From: Geosiphon pyriformis uo1
Lineage: Eukaryota > Fungi > Glomeromycota
Length of the DNA stretch: 64,000 nt
Direction of reading: 5' to 3'
Assembly: GCA_016748015.1 (NCBI GenBank)
Contig: JAAOMT010000193.1
Coordinates: 124,001 to 188,000 of the forward strand
Shown here: positions 11,165 to 23,535 of the stretch, piece after piece
How the letters are laid out: each line of letters begins with the position of its first letter
How positions within the stretch are numbered: the first letter of the stretch is position 1
Notes under the pieces: generated by a model
Databases searched by the model: none
Seen by the model: the letters and a program-made list of their open reading frames with translations, nothing else
Told to the model about the DNA's origin: nothing
Position numbers and translations under genes: made by a program

Positions 11165-12480
11165 CTAATCTTGCCTCATTCTTGAGAGACAATCAACATT
11201 GGTATGAAGTTTTCCTGGTTTGTGGTGTACAATATATCAGTAGTTGGCTAAAAATTCTGTCCATCAGATTTGTTTGGCATTCAGCTGAGTGTTTTTATTT
11301 TGAAGCCATTTGAGTCCAATATTATTGGTAATAATGTCGAATTCTTTAGACCTGAGATAAAAATTGAAGTGGTGTAAGGCCCAAATTACAGCTGCTGTTT
11401 CTAGTTCTGTGGCAGAGTAGTTTTTCTTGGCTGGTTTTAATGTTCTGCTAGCATAAGCGATTACTCGCTCATTTCTGTTGTTATTTAATTGTGATAAAAT
11501 AACACCAAAAACAGTGTAAAAAGCATCTGTAGCTAGTTGAAATAAGTTACTGAAGTCTGAGTAGGCAAAAATTGGAGCTGTTGTCAGCTTTTCCTTGAGA
11601 ATTTCAAAAGCTTTTTGGTGTTTTTCCATCCATTTGTATTTGATGTTTTTAGTAGTGAGCTGGTTGAGGGGTTTTGTGATTTTTGAGAATCTTTTAATAA
11701 ATTTTTGGTAATAGGATGCTAATCCAATAAATTCTTTTAATTCTGTGGTATTTCGTGGAGTCTTGAAGTTTTTGACAGTGCTGATTTTTTCAGGGTCTAG
11801 TTTAATTCTATCTTGGCTAACAATGTGACCAAAAAAGGCCAAACTCGTTTTTCCAAAGTAGCATTTTTTGATGTTTAGTTTCAATCCTGCTTTTCATAAT
11901 TGTTGAAAAACTTTATGCAGATGTTTTAAGTGTAATTCAAAAGATAGTAAATAAACATCAGTATCATTAAGATAGACAACTACTGATTTCCAAATAAGGC
12001 CTTTGTAAACAACATCCATGAGTCTTTGGAATGTTGCTGGTGCATTGCATAATCTGAAAAATATTACATTGAACTCATAATTTCTTTTTTGAGTGGTGAA
12101 TGCTGTTTTGGAATGATTTTTGGAATCCATAACAACTTGCCAATATCCACTCTCTAAATTTAATGTCAAAAAGTATTTGGACTTCCCAAGAGCATCTAGC
12201 ATGTCATCAATTCAGAGAAAAGGGTAGGCATCTCCAATGGTGACACTGTTGAGTTGTCAATAATCAACACAAAATCATATCTTTCCATTTTTTTTTTAAC
12301 TAAGACCACAGATGAAGCCCATGGACTCATTGATGGTTGAATAAGCCCATTGTTAAGCATCCATTGTATTTTTTTATGGATAAATTGGTGACTTTCTAGA
12401 GCAACTTGATAGGCTTGCTGTCACCTTGGTTTGGCATCTCCTGTATAGATTTGGTGTTGAACCAAATCAGTTCTTCTTAA
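11165..12480 (-). pseudogene. pol: A1 reverse transcriptase and RNase H
   Basis: SGYWQV, TAFTT, NAPATFQRLMD, YLND, LATDA, IAYASR, TELE, CLSR then TAG. Confidence 0.95.
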
Positions 12481-13001
12481 GTCATTGTTGTTTTCAGCAA
12501 AAATATCGGCAAATTCTGCAATTAGCTCTTTGAGCTGGCTCTGTTGTTGTGGTTTAAGTTGTTCCATGTTGATTTGAAATAGTTTTTCCATGACAACATG
12601 GTAGTTTTCAGAGCTGGGGTTTGGGTTGATTTTTGGTAGTAAATGTCCAATAATTTCTAAAAAATTGGGAACTATTTGGGGTAGTTCTTGTTGAAAGATA
12701 TTACTGTGAATAACTCCAATTTCTAAGTTATTTAATAAAACTATGGGGAAATTGTTGGGATTGTAAAAAGTAACTCAGATTTTCTTTGTTCCTTCTGGAA
12801 TATAAATGTTTGGGATCGAGATATTATGTTCCAAGCAAATTTGTTCATTGGACTCAAAAATTTGTTGTGTGGTTGTTGGCTTTTCACAAGTGTAAATTTC
12901 AGGGTGTTCTCCAAAGGGTGAAATGGTAATTGGTTATAGAAGTCATAAATCTGGTGAGATTTTTTTTGTTCATTGAGGGCTATGTTTACTGGAACTGTGA
13001 A

Positions 13002-13410
13002 TCATCCAGTTAAACCAAAATTTTGGGTTCCTCTTTTACTTTTTCCCAATAGTTCTCTTTGATTGACTAATTGTAAACCCGAAATGTTAATTAAGGGTAA
13101 ATAAATGGCTTGGGCAATTTTCTTAGCATGTTCAATCTTAAACGGCTTGTCAGTTTCATTATGGAGTATTACTGTTATGTTACCAGTATATCCAGCATCG
13201 ATTATTCCTCCTTTGACATTGATTCCTTTGCTTGCCAGAGAGGACTGGAAGGTGATTTGAACTATTGCTCCTGGTGGGATTTTGAGAGCAATTTTGAAGT
13301 TGATTTTTGTGAGAGATTTGGGTTTAAGAATGAGAGTATTCTTGTCTGAATATCTTAGGTCATATTCAGCATCAATTTCATGTGCTTTTTCGGGTTTTAT
13401 TCCTTGTTCA
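13002..13410 (-). pseudogene. dut: A1 dUTPase domain
   Basis: All five dUTPase motifs recognisable: AEYDL, QSSLASKG, GGIIDAGYTG, KIAQAI, KRGTQNFGLTG. Confidence 0.92.
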
Positions 13411-13539
13411 TTGTTGTTGAAGTATTTGAGTTGTAAGACAGGCTGATTTTCGATAAGATAAATGAGTGTTGTTTCAATTTTTTCTGTTGCTTCAGGTTCT
13501 CCAAATTCAATTTTGTATTCATTACTTTCACTGGGCAAA

Positions 13540-14160
13540 AGAATGTTAAAAGTGTAGTATTCAGAACACCATTGTTTATCACAAAACATTATGCATTCCT
13601 TACATAATTTAATGTTTATTTGTTCTAGCCATTGAGCTTGAGCTTTTTTAGTTGAGTAGGTGTGACTTGCGATTTGATAGTACACTTCTACTTTATCTTC
13701 ATAATCAAATCCAGCTAATTCCATGGTGTATTCAATATATTCTGCTTCTTTTATTTGACAAACATCTTCTTTGGTAGCTCTATTAACTAATGCTATTGCT
13801 AGATCGAAAATCATCTCAGTATTATGAGGGTAGTAATAAAGTTTGTTGAGAGCATTGTTGTATGCTGCATCAAAAGGTGTTTCTCTTTTGACTTTTTCTG
13901 AAATTGATAAAGCATATTGGCAGGTTTGATCGCAGACTCCTCCTCTTATTGCTATATCAATCCAATTGCATTCTTCTGGTAGCATATCTCCACAAGTCAA
14001 ATAAGGGGTGTTGTTCCATTTTCTGCTTTTTTTTATTAGATGACCCCATCATTCTTTGTGGCAAGCCTTGTAGTAATAACAAGTATGATTTTCATATTCT
14101 TCTTCAGGTAAAATGCAGGCTCTCATTGAGAAGAGTTTCTTGTAGCAGTTCTTGCATTTG
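13540..14160 (-). pseudogene. A1 multi-cysteine domain between protease and dUTPase
   Basis: CKNC…CYYYKAC…LTC…CDQTC…helical region…CKECIMFCDKQWC; conserved in families B and D. Confidence 0.75.
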
Positions 14161-14429
14161 AGTGGAATATAAGAGTGTCATTTCTTTGGTTCTAGTTTAG
14201 AATATAGGATGTTCTATCCAGGGGTTTCTGGTTCCTCTGGATATGAGTTTGTTGCAAAATACATTTGCTCAGTTTTTTCAGCCCAGTTAGATGTTAATTC
14301 AATTGCCATAAATGTTTTGACTACAGGCTTTTCTTTCTTTTCTTCAAATTTGAAGACAGGGACTTTCTCTGATTGTTTGTTGAATGTACCACAAGTAGCG
14401 GGTACTCAGGCATGTTGTCCTTAATAGAA

Positions 14430-14760
14430 GAGTTGTAATTCTTGGATTTCCCAGTCTAATTTTGCATTGGCTTTTTGGAGCCAATCATTTCTGACAAGGG
14501 CTTAATACTGGGGCGCATTTATTACAAGAACTTTAACTGGAATAGTGATTCCATCAAGAGTGAACGGAAAATTGTCAATTTCTCTTACTGGAGTCTTTTT
14601 CATGCCATCAGCAGTAACAATTACTGTTTGAGCTAGTTGGTTGACATTTTTCTTTAACTGTTGTATTAACTGGTAGATGATAATGCTTCTAGCGGATTCA
14701 TTGTCTAGAATCAAGCAAATTGCCTTTCCTTTGACTTCTGCTTTAGTGTACATAACAGTG
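14430..14760 (-). pseudogene. A1 aspartic protease
   Basis: LILDNESARS (decayed DSGSAGS), VIVTADG, LVRNDWL. Confidence 0.9.
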
Positions 14761-14899
14761 ATTGCTTTTTGTTTGTTGGCAGCTGCATTGCTAAGCAGGA
14801 ATGGTGACTCATTTGCTTCGAACTTAAAAGGGAATATATCTGAAAGGTTGGCATTTTTAGCAATTCTGGCTGGTGGAATTGTGGTAGGAGTATAGAAAG

Positions 14900-16790
14900 G
14901 GTTTTGTTGTCATGCTGCAGCTCTATCTTTCGAGAGTGCAGTATGATAAAAATCCTGTTCTTCAGGTATTATAAGATAGCTAGGTTGAGTATAATAATGG
15001 GTGGGTCTTGGCTGAACTGAATTTTGGAGAACTAATTGGTTATTTGGGTTGATTCTGTTGTTGTTTGTTGCGAATCAGTTTTGTGGTACAAATTGGTTTT
15101 GTTGAACCAATTTTTGAGCAGGTACTTAGTAATGTTGAATGGGTTGTTGATACTGTTGTTGTATTGGCTGTGGAGCAGGTTGATAGTAGTCAGTTTGATA
15201 TTGTGGTATTGGTGGATAGTAAGCTGGTGGTAGTAGTGGTTGGTAATAAAATTGTTGTGACAAAAAGTAACATTGATTACTTCTATTCTGTTAGTTTTGT
15301 TGTAGCTTCCTGCAATTTCTTTTCCAGTGGCCAGGAATTCCACAGTAATGGCAATTCTGAAGCTGATTATTAGAGAATAATGTGAAGTTGTTTTGATTCC
15401 GTCTTTGGGGTGGTTGATATCTTTGGGGTTGCTGTTGTTGTTGGTTGGTAAAATAGTTTTCGACTTTCTTTGTGAGTTGGTCAATTTTCTCTTCAGCTGT
15501 TGAGCTGGTCTCTCCAATGGCTAAGTTCATGAGTTTTGTACAATTGGCTTCTTCTATGGCCATTTCATATCTCTTTACATGCTGAATGGCAGAGTTTAAA
15601 TCTTTTGGGGCATGTGGGTGAACCTTTTTAATCAGTTTATTCTTTAAACCAGCAATAAATTGATCCAAGATTTGAGCATCAGAATAATAATCATTAGTTT
15701 CAAGTTGGCAAATTCGTCTGAGAAGTTTGTTAAATTTCCCAATATAAGTCATGACAGATTTGGAGGGTTCTTGTTTGATATTGCAAAAATGATTTCAAAG
15801 TGTGATTAAGGTGTTGTTATCAGTGAATTGTTCTAAGAAGGCAGTTTTGAAAGCTGTCCAGTCATTAAAAGGAGTGGTCAAGTTTTCGAACCATTTGCCT
15901 GCTGTTCTTTTGAGAAAGTAGGGAATTGTTCTTAACATTTTGGCAGCATTCCATCTATTTGCATCTTCAGCTTTAGTAACTTGGTCAAGCCATTCTTGGG
16001 GACTGGTCTCAATGTCTTTTCCATTAAATTCAGAGATTTTTGCGATGTATGCTATTATTTCATTTTTTTCATTTTCACTGTTTATTGATTCTTCTTCAGA
16101 TATTTCAGAGTCGTTTTCTTCATTTGCTGCTGTCTTAGAGTGTTCACTTCAATTTTCAGCTAGAAAGTCAAAGAGATTGGAACTAGTTTGAAGGGGTTCT
16201 TGTTGTCTGATGGGACTTCTGGGTAATGTAAAATTTTCTAGTCTTGCAAATTGATTTAAGGGTGAGTTAGGTGTTTGTGCTTGTGCAAATGAAGCTGGAA
16301 AAAGTGTGATAATAAGTGGAAGTTTTAAACTGGTTCCTTGTTCAGGTGTTTGTAAGTGTTTGGGAGTTGTTTTTGGTAGTATTGGAGTATTTGGAGTGGT
16401 TTTTGAGTATTGCTTCAATTTTTGTTTGCTTTTGTTGCTTGTTTTTGTCTCTGATTCAAAATCAATAGAGTATTGAAACTGCACTGGATATGTTTCTTCA
16501 TAGTACTTGATAATATTAAAATTAAGTTCTTGAAAGTAAGTGGCAAGTGTTTCACTATTAAGGTCTTCAGTTCCCAACTGTGAATAGTGTATTAAATTAT
16601 TGTAAAGATTGCTTCTAACTTCTGAAATATTGTAATTTCCAAAAAGATAATTGTTGATGCAGTTTTCAATATATTGGTATACTGATTTCTTGACAACTTC
16701 AATTCCGTCTAGAATGTTAAATCTTTGCTTGCAGTGGGTGTAAATTGACTGGTAATACTCTAGAATTGTTGTGTCTGGTGTGGTCACCAC
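14900..16790 (-). pseudogene. gag: A1 Gag (N-terminal extension, capsid, CCHC knuckle, Q/P-rich tail)
   Basis: QEWLD…, QFIAGLK, CHYCGIPGHWKRNC; same frame as the protease and dUTPase. Confidence 0.9.
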
Positions 16791-16815
16791 TTTGAAGTTG
16801 TTTTTGCTGTGTTGT

Positions 16816-16833
16816 TTCTGTGGGAGAGCACCA
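16816..16833 (-). promoter_or_regulatory. A1 primer-binding site
   Basis: TGGTGCTCTC… 2 nt after the 5' LTR. Confidence 0.85.
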
Positions 16834-16835
16834 AA

Positions 16836-17815
16836 TGTTACTGGAGGTTTTTGGTCTCTTCTTAGCTCTTGTATGTTTGTTGTAATGCTGTTAATTCATG
16901 ACTATGAGAAGTGTTTGAACCTCCGATAACTGAATTTTATCTTCAAATTATCTCCTATAATTTGAATGGCTGGGCTTATAAGTGGAATGGCCAATTCCAT
17001 GCCAGTTATGTGTATAGTTATGTTGTAGTAAACATCAACTTTTTCCCAGGAATTACTCATCTGGAAGCTTACTAAAAATGTGTAGTTACTTTGCTGTAAA
17101 AGTTAACTCTTCTACAGGAATCTTGTCTGTAGGCTACCTTAATGATTGTAATAAGAAAAGAAAAAGAAAAAGAAAAGAAATGTAAAAGAAATAGATTTTT
17201 ATCAAGGGAATGTTTTCTATCCAGGCCTGGAGTCACTAACAGTTTACTGAAATTGGTAGCTAATCAATTTCAAAATGTTAGTTGTGTTTTAAGGATTTTC
17301 TAAGTGCAATAATTAAAAAATTTGGTTTTTCAAATTTATTTGATATTTATTTCTTTTTGTGTGTATAGGAATAGTTCTAAGTGATAAATCTAAAGTAAGA
17401 TATATTTTCTCAAAGAGAAAAGCTCTTCTTTTATACAACTTATTGTAACACTATTCCATGAACTTGAACTTTGCTTTTTTCTACAATTTCGCTGAACTAA
17501 AGATACATTTCGGCGAACTACAAGTTATTTCTGTGAACTATTAGATATTTTGATGAACTATCAATTATTTCGGCGAATTTCTACAAATTTCAGCAAACTT
17601 TTGAATGTTTCATATTTTGGGGTATTGCATGATTGATCATTGCAATTAGGTTACATTTGTGTTATGTACAAATTGAGTTATTAATTAAATAATAATTTCG
17701 GACATTTTGCTAATGTAATAAGTAATAATTTGAAACAATAATATATGCTAATTAATGATAGGAATTATAAAGATAATTTTATGCTAAATAATATCTTTAA
17801 TTTTGTCTGGTAACA
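16836..17815 (-). repeat. A1 5' LTR
   Basis: Direct repeat of 7944-8922, adjacent to the PBS. Confidence 0.95.
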
Positions 17816-17819
17816 ATGT

Positions 17820-20560
17820 TTATTAGTCTTTGGAATGTTATGGGAGTGTTTGTCAATCCAAATGGCATTATATTGAACTCATAATTGCCATTTTGTGTTG
17901 TGAATGCTGTTTTATGCCTGTTTTTTGGGTTCATTTCCACTTGCCAGTATCCACTGGTCAAGTCAAGTGTAAAAAACCATTTTGTTCTTTCAAAAATGTT
18001 GAAGATTTTGTCAATTAACAGTATTGGGTATAAGTCTTTGGTTGTTTTGCTGTTTAGTTTGCGATAGTTGACACAAAATCTAATTTTTCTGTTCTTTTTC
18101 CTTACTAAAACAACTGGTAAGGACCATGGGCTTATTAATGATTGAATTATTTCTTTTTCCAACATGCTTTAGACTTTTTCTCTGATAAAATTATGCTCCA
18201 TTGATGGGACACAATAAGTGCATTGTTTTTCAGGTCTGGCATCTCCAGTAGGAATTTGGTGTTGAACTAAGTTGGTTCTTCCAAATTTGCCATTTTGTGA
18301 AAATATATCAAAGTATTTTAAAATTAATGCTTTTAATTGTCACTGTTGGTCTGGATCCATTGTTCTAATGTTTAATTTGGCCAATTCTTCTGGCATAAAT
18401 TGATAGCATTCCAACAGTTGTTGCCACTTTATTAAAGTGAGTTCACAGTAAAGGGCAATTTCTGGAAAATTTAAAATTTTTTGTGGTATTGACACATTTT
18501 CTAGTTCTGTTCCAAGGTATCCCATGATGGTGTTTTCTGGAATGTATATAAGCTCTTCTATGGTATTTGTAATAGGAATTTTTATCCATTGTGTTTTGTC
18601 AGCTGGAATAAAAAAGTTAGTAAGTCTTATGGAAAACTGTTGGCAAGTTTCTGAGTGGGGCTCAAATATTAAATTTATATCTTTTATTGTTCTTTTTATT
18701 TTAATTTCTGATTTTCTGTAAGGCATAAGCATAATTGACCACTTATTTCTGATTAATTCATTTTTTTCCTTTGGCATTTCAATAAAATTTGCTTCAATTC
18801 CTTTTCTTGTTAATTTAAAACCAAAAGTTCCTCTTATTGTTTGTATCAATTCCTCACAATTTTCCACTGGCACAAATTTCCCAATTTTTACCAATAGTAA
18901 AAAAATTGCTTGTGCAATTTTTTCCTTAGATTCAATCATATAAGATTTTTCTGAATTATTCTGTAGCAAAACCATTAAATTTCCAGTGTAGCCAGAGTCA
19001 ATTACTCCTCCTTAAACACTTATTCCTTTTTTTGCAAGGCTTGATTATAACACTATTTAAATCATTATTCCTGGTGGAATTTCAACTGCTATTTTCAAGT
19101 CAATTTTGGTAATGCTCCTGGATGGTAACGTTGTGGATTGGTTTTCTGGATAATGTAGATTAAATCTGGCATTGGTTGGATGAGCTTTTTTGGGTATTAT
19201 TCCTAAATGCCCATTGTCAAAGTATTTGATGTCAATTTCTTGTTCTAAATTAGTATAGGCTACAAATTTTTCTAACTTGGGACCATTAGGTGAGTCTTGT
19301 TGATTTATTGATTGATTTTGGTACTACTGATTCTCAATTTCCATTTTTTTTGCCAAGTTTTTTTTGTATTGACACTTTTCACATTGCTAACTTTGGCATG
19401 GGATAAGACAGTCTTTGTAAAGGTAAGTGTTGATCTGGATGAGATACTGTTCTTGCTTTTGGCAAGTAGAGCATAGCTGTTGGTAGTTTTTCTGGAATTT
19501 GTCCACTGGGTCAAACATGTTGTAGTTGGCAACTTCATTGGCTATTTTGGCTGACATTTTCCAACATCATATTTCTTCAGTGGTTCCTTTTCTTACTTTG
19601 GCCTGTGCAGTGTTGTATAACTCATTCTCATTATGTGAGTAGTGCTACAGTCTTTTTAATGCTCTGTTGAATGCTGCTTTGAATAGCATTTCTCTTCTTA
19701 CCCAGTCACAGATGAGCATCGTGTATTGGCAAGTTGTGTTACACATTCCTTTTCTGCCTGGCATGTTGATCCAGTCACACCCTTTTGGCAATGGTTCTTT
19801 ACAAGCAAAACACGGTTCTTCATCCTATTTTCCATGTCTTTCTGGGTAATCGTATTTTTCTTTGTTACAATGGTTACAATAGTAGTGGGTGGGATTTCTT
19901 GGGTTTTTATCAGGTGCGCTGCACACAGTCATGGACGAGAGTTTCTTATTGCAAACTGAACATTCTAGTTTTGGTCTGCATTGCTGGTGGTTTTTTTGTG
20001 GACTTACCTGGTTCTATTTGGATCTTTCTTTGCTCCTTCATGTTGGTATGGCCAGTAGTCCTGTTCTTTGGTCATCAGCCCATGAGAGCTGATAAGTTTT
20101 GATGGCTGGTAGGGCTGGATTTTCCTCAAATTTAAAGGTGGGTCTTTGGTTGGTGCTGAGTTTTTGGAAGTGGCTACATGTGGTTGGAATTCTGGCATGG
20201 TGGCCATTATAGCTAATAAGAAGCTCTTGGGTGGTCCAGTCTAATGTGGTGTTGGCTTTTGTTAGCCAGTTATTCCCTACTAATGCTTGATATTATGTAG
20301 CATCTATTACTAATACTTTTGTAGGTATTATTATGCTGTTAATTTCAAAAGGGAATGAATCAATTTCACCATAAGACAGCTTGGTACTTCCATTGGCTGT
20401 TATAATTTGGGATGTCACGGCACGATCAACTTTGAAACCCAGTTGGTTTACTAGTTGAAGCGTCATAATGCTTCCGGCAGATCCATTGTCTAAGATGAGT
20501 TTAATTAGCATGTTGTTTATTTTTGCTTCTGTGTACATAGCAGTGATTGGGTGTTTTTCA
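17820..20560 (-). pseudogene. pol: D1 protease, multi-Cys domain, dUTPase, pseudo-dUTPase and RT N-terminus
   Basis: LILDNGSAGS (~20490); CSVC…CNHC…CFAC…CNTTC (19720-19965); GVIDSGYTG, KIAQAI, RGTFGF (18810-19200); SPWSLPVVLV, DLTSGYWQV. Confidence 0.9.
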
Positions 20561-20885
20561 TTCAATGCTGCTCCACTAAAAATAGCCTTTTTTTCTTCTA
20601 ATTTAAAAGGAAAAATAGCTGCGAGGCTGCTATTTTCCATGACAATAACTGGTGATATTGTTTGGATCAAGTTCTGGCTATTGGTGATATTTTCAGTTCT
20701 AGGTATATTACTATTAATATTTCTGAGATTTAAGTTTTCTGATATATTAAGGTAAGTTGGCTGGAAATTTGAGTAGTTTGCATTTGTTTGCTGATTAGAT
20801 CCTACGTGGTTTGGATTTCTCTGAACTAATGCATTTTGATTCCACATGAGCTAATTTTAAGACTCGAAATGTTAATTTTGGTTGG

Positions 20886-22673
20886 CTACCATGGGCTGTT
20901 GCTGGTAAGTTTCTTGGTTTTGGTACATGGTAAAGTATTAACATGGTATTGGTGTGTATTGATTCCTGGGCATTTGGATAATGCATAATAATTATTCTCA
21001 CATGCCTCGTGTATCATTCGCATTTGACATTGATTAATCAAATGTCCTACACATTTGTAAAAATGGCAGACACGTGTTTCTGTTCTGAAGTCTTGATGTG
21101 ATGAGCAATTATTTTGGCTGCTGCTGAATTCCTGGTTGTGTCTTTGAGATGTTTGATATGTGTTATTTCTTTCTGGGTCTGAAATGAGATAACTTTCTAT
21201 TTTCTTAGAGAGTTCCTCTTCTAATTGTGTTACTTTCTTTTCTAATGTTTCTGTCTTGTTTTTCTCAATCATTATGTTAATTATTTGACTATAGTTAGCT
21301 TCTTTCTCAGCCGATTTAAGGGCTTTGGCAAGCATAATGGCTTCTGGTAAGGAATTAGAGTGGGCAGAATGTACTCTTCCTAAAATGCTGCTTTTTAATC
21401 CTTTAATAAATTGATTTAAAACCTAAGGATTGGTATAGTATCTTTGCTTAATCACTTCAATCTGACAGCAAATTCGATTGAATTGAGCAAAATATTGGGT
21501 AACAGTTTTACTTGTATCTTACTTAATAGTATTGAATTCATTCTGCAGTTGGATTATGGCATTTGAATTGCTAAAATACTCCAAAAGTGTGTCTTTAAAT
21601 TCGGCAAAGCTCATGGGTTTTGTTTTTAAGCTTTGATACCATGAGTTGGCAATGGCTTTCAGGAAGAAAAGTAACGTTTGGATTGCTCTTTGATCATTCC
21701 AGTTATTTGCCTGGATGGCTTTTTGTGATTTTCTGAGCCACATGTACACATCTATTTTTTCTTTCTCTCTTGAGAAATCCATTAATTGCGTGATGTATAA
21801 TGTGGTTATTTCATCACCATTTTCTGCTGGTGGGTTTATTGATCTGAGAGGGGTGAGAATGATATTTTTTTGAGCATCCCTAAAAGTGGTTTCTCTTATA
21901 TTCAGTTCTTTCTCTTGATTACAAGTTTCTTGGTTTCTGGACTGGCTGCTTGTTCCAATGACTGATTTTGTGCTTGTTTTTTCACTGGTTTCTTCAGATT
22001 CTGATTCAGACTCCTCTTCGCGGTTTTCAAACCCCGCTCCAAATTTTGGTTGAAAAAGAGGTTTTTGGAATAGCAATAAATATCCTCCTGTAATTGGTAT
22101 ATTTCTCCAATTGCATTGTTTGAGCTTCTCAGTGTAATTAGAAGTTCTTGGTATTTGTGGAGTTGATATGGATGATGATGCAGCTCCTAATGGGAGTTAG
22201 ATTTTATTATCTGGAGAAAAATGGTAAGATCTTTCTTCTGGTGAATAAAGGCATTATTTTTTTACTGATTATGCAATGTTTTTTTTGGGTGTTTGAGCAG
22301 ATGTTCCTAATTTTTGCTGATTTTTTTTGTGATTAATTTTTGGATTATGGATGCATTTTCTGGTGTTCTTTGTGGATATTGGGTAATTTTCATTGGTGTA
22401 TTGCTCAATTTCGCAATGAATTTAAACAATAGTCGCAGCTAATGCTGTTGTTTTTTTTGTAGTAAATTGAGATAATTCTCTATATAATTAATGTTTTGTG
22501 TTATTTGGTTCTTCTTCCCTTCCTATGTGATAATTTATTCTGGTATTAATGTAATAGATGAGGGCGTTTTCAGCTGGACAACACTCTTCTGGTAATCCAA
22601 AATCACTTTGATATTGTAAATAAAGGGCACAGCAAAATTCAACAACAGTAAGATTAGGAGTTTTTGTTGTCAC
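20886..22673 (-). pseudogene. gag: D1 Gag
   Basis: Capsid AIQANNWNDQRA, QFIKGL, knuckle CHFYKCVGHLINQC; starts at AAA-GTG 22671-22673. Confidence 0.85.
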
Positions 22674-22739
22674 TTTTGTTTCTTCTTTTTTAGCAATGAA
22701 TTATTGCTAATTATTATTTTTTTTTTGATTTTTTTTCTT

Positions 22740-22753
22740 TATAGGGTTCACCA
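22740..22753 (-). promoter_or_regulatory. D1 primer-binding site (different tRNA from families A, B, C)
   Basis: TGGTGAACCCTAT 2 nt after the LTR. Confidence 0.75.
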
Positions 22754-22755
22754 AA

Positions 22756-23535
22756 TGTTACAGGGGTGTTTTTTTGGTATATTTTAATTGTTAATCTCCT
22801 ATTTTAATTGCAATCAGTCTTTTGTGAGTTTCTTTATTTTATGTGTTGAATATTAATGATAATGTACTGAAGGTTTTCTCTTGATGTTGTGATGTAAGTC
22901 TTCTCTTTAATTCTAGTTGTCTTTATATGTTGTGTACTCTTTCTTAGAGGCTAATCTGAAATCTACCCATTGTCTGGGGTCTTCTTTGAGACTATCCTTG
23001 CAATTGTCTAATGTGTTTCTCTAATCTAGAAACACAGAATGTTAATGATCTTTTTGTGATTTTCTTAAGTATATGATAAAGCTTTTTTAATTTAATTAGT
23101 AACCATGTGAATAATCTTGATCAGGAATTATTCTTCCAAAGGGTTCAAAGATGGAATAATAGTTTCATTTGCTAAAGAGAGTATGTAAATTCTATTGTTA
23201 ATCTTGTAATTGTGATGTTCATTCAATTTATTATTTTTATTAATTCTTTTTGAATAAGATTTTATTTAGATATTTGTTGCTTCTAGTTGAAGCTTGTTCT
23301 TCTTTATCATTAAAAACTATTGTATATATATATAATTATTGTTTTACAAAATAACGTCTTGTAATATTCTATTTCCGTTATTTCTAAATAGTGCTTGCTG
23401 TTATTGTAAAATAGTGCTTGCTACTATTGTAAAATAGTGCTTGCTGTTATTTGTAAATCATTTTTTTTTATAAATTGTTGCTGTGCTATTTCATGATTGG
23501 CTAATTTATATTATTTATAATTCCTATTAAATTCT
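22756..23535 (-). repeat. D1 5' LTR (outer end truncated)
   Basis: Direct repeat of 5980-6771. Confidence 0.9.

Larger units (their letters stand above)
7944..17815 (-). mobile_element. Family A full-length Ty3/Gypsy element A1 (~9.9 kb)
   Basis: LTRs 7944-8922 and 16836-17815, TSD ACGT (7940-7943)/ATGT (17816-17819), PBS, PPT, all coding domains present but decayed. Confidence 0.95.
5980..23535 (-). mobile_element. Family D Ty3/Gypsy element D1 inserted in C1 RNase H; integrase deleted; hosts A1
   Basis: LTRs 5980-6771 and 22756-~23535 (outer ~12 bp lost); RT is continuous across the A1 insertion (QRLINVIYSGILWQSVVVYLDN). Confidence 0.88.

Noticed and set aside
13002-13410. dUTPase as a captured host gene or prophage gene
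   Set aside because: It is in frame within the polyprotein at the same position in three families, so it is an integral element domain.
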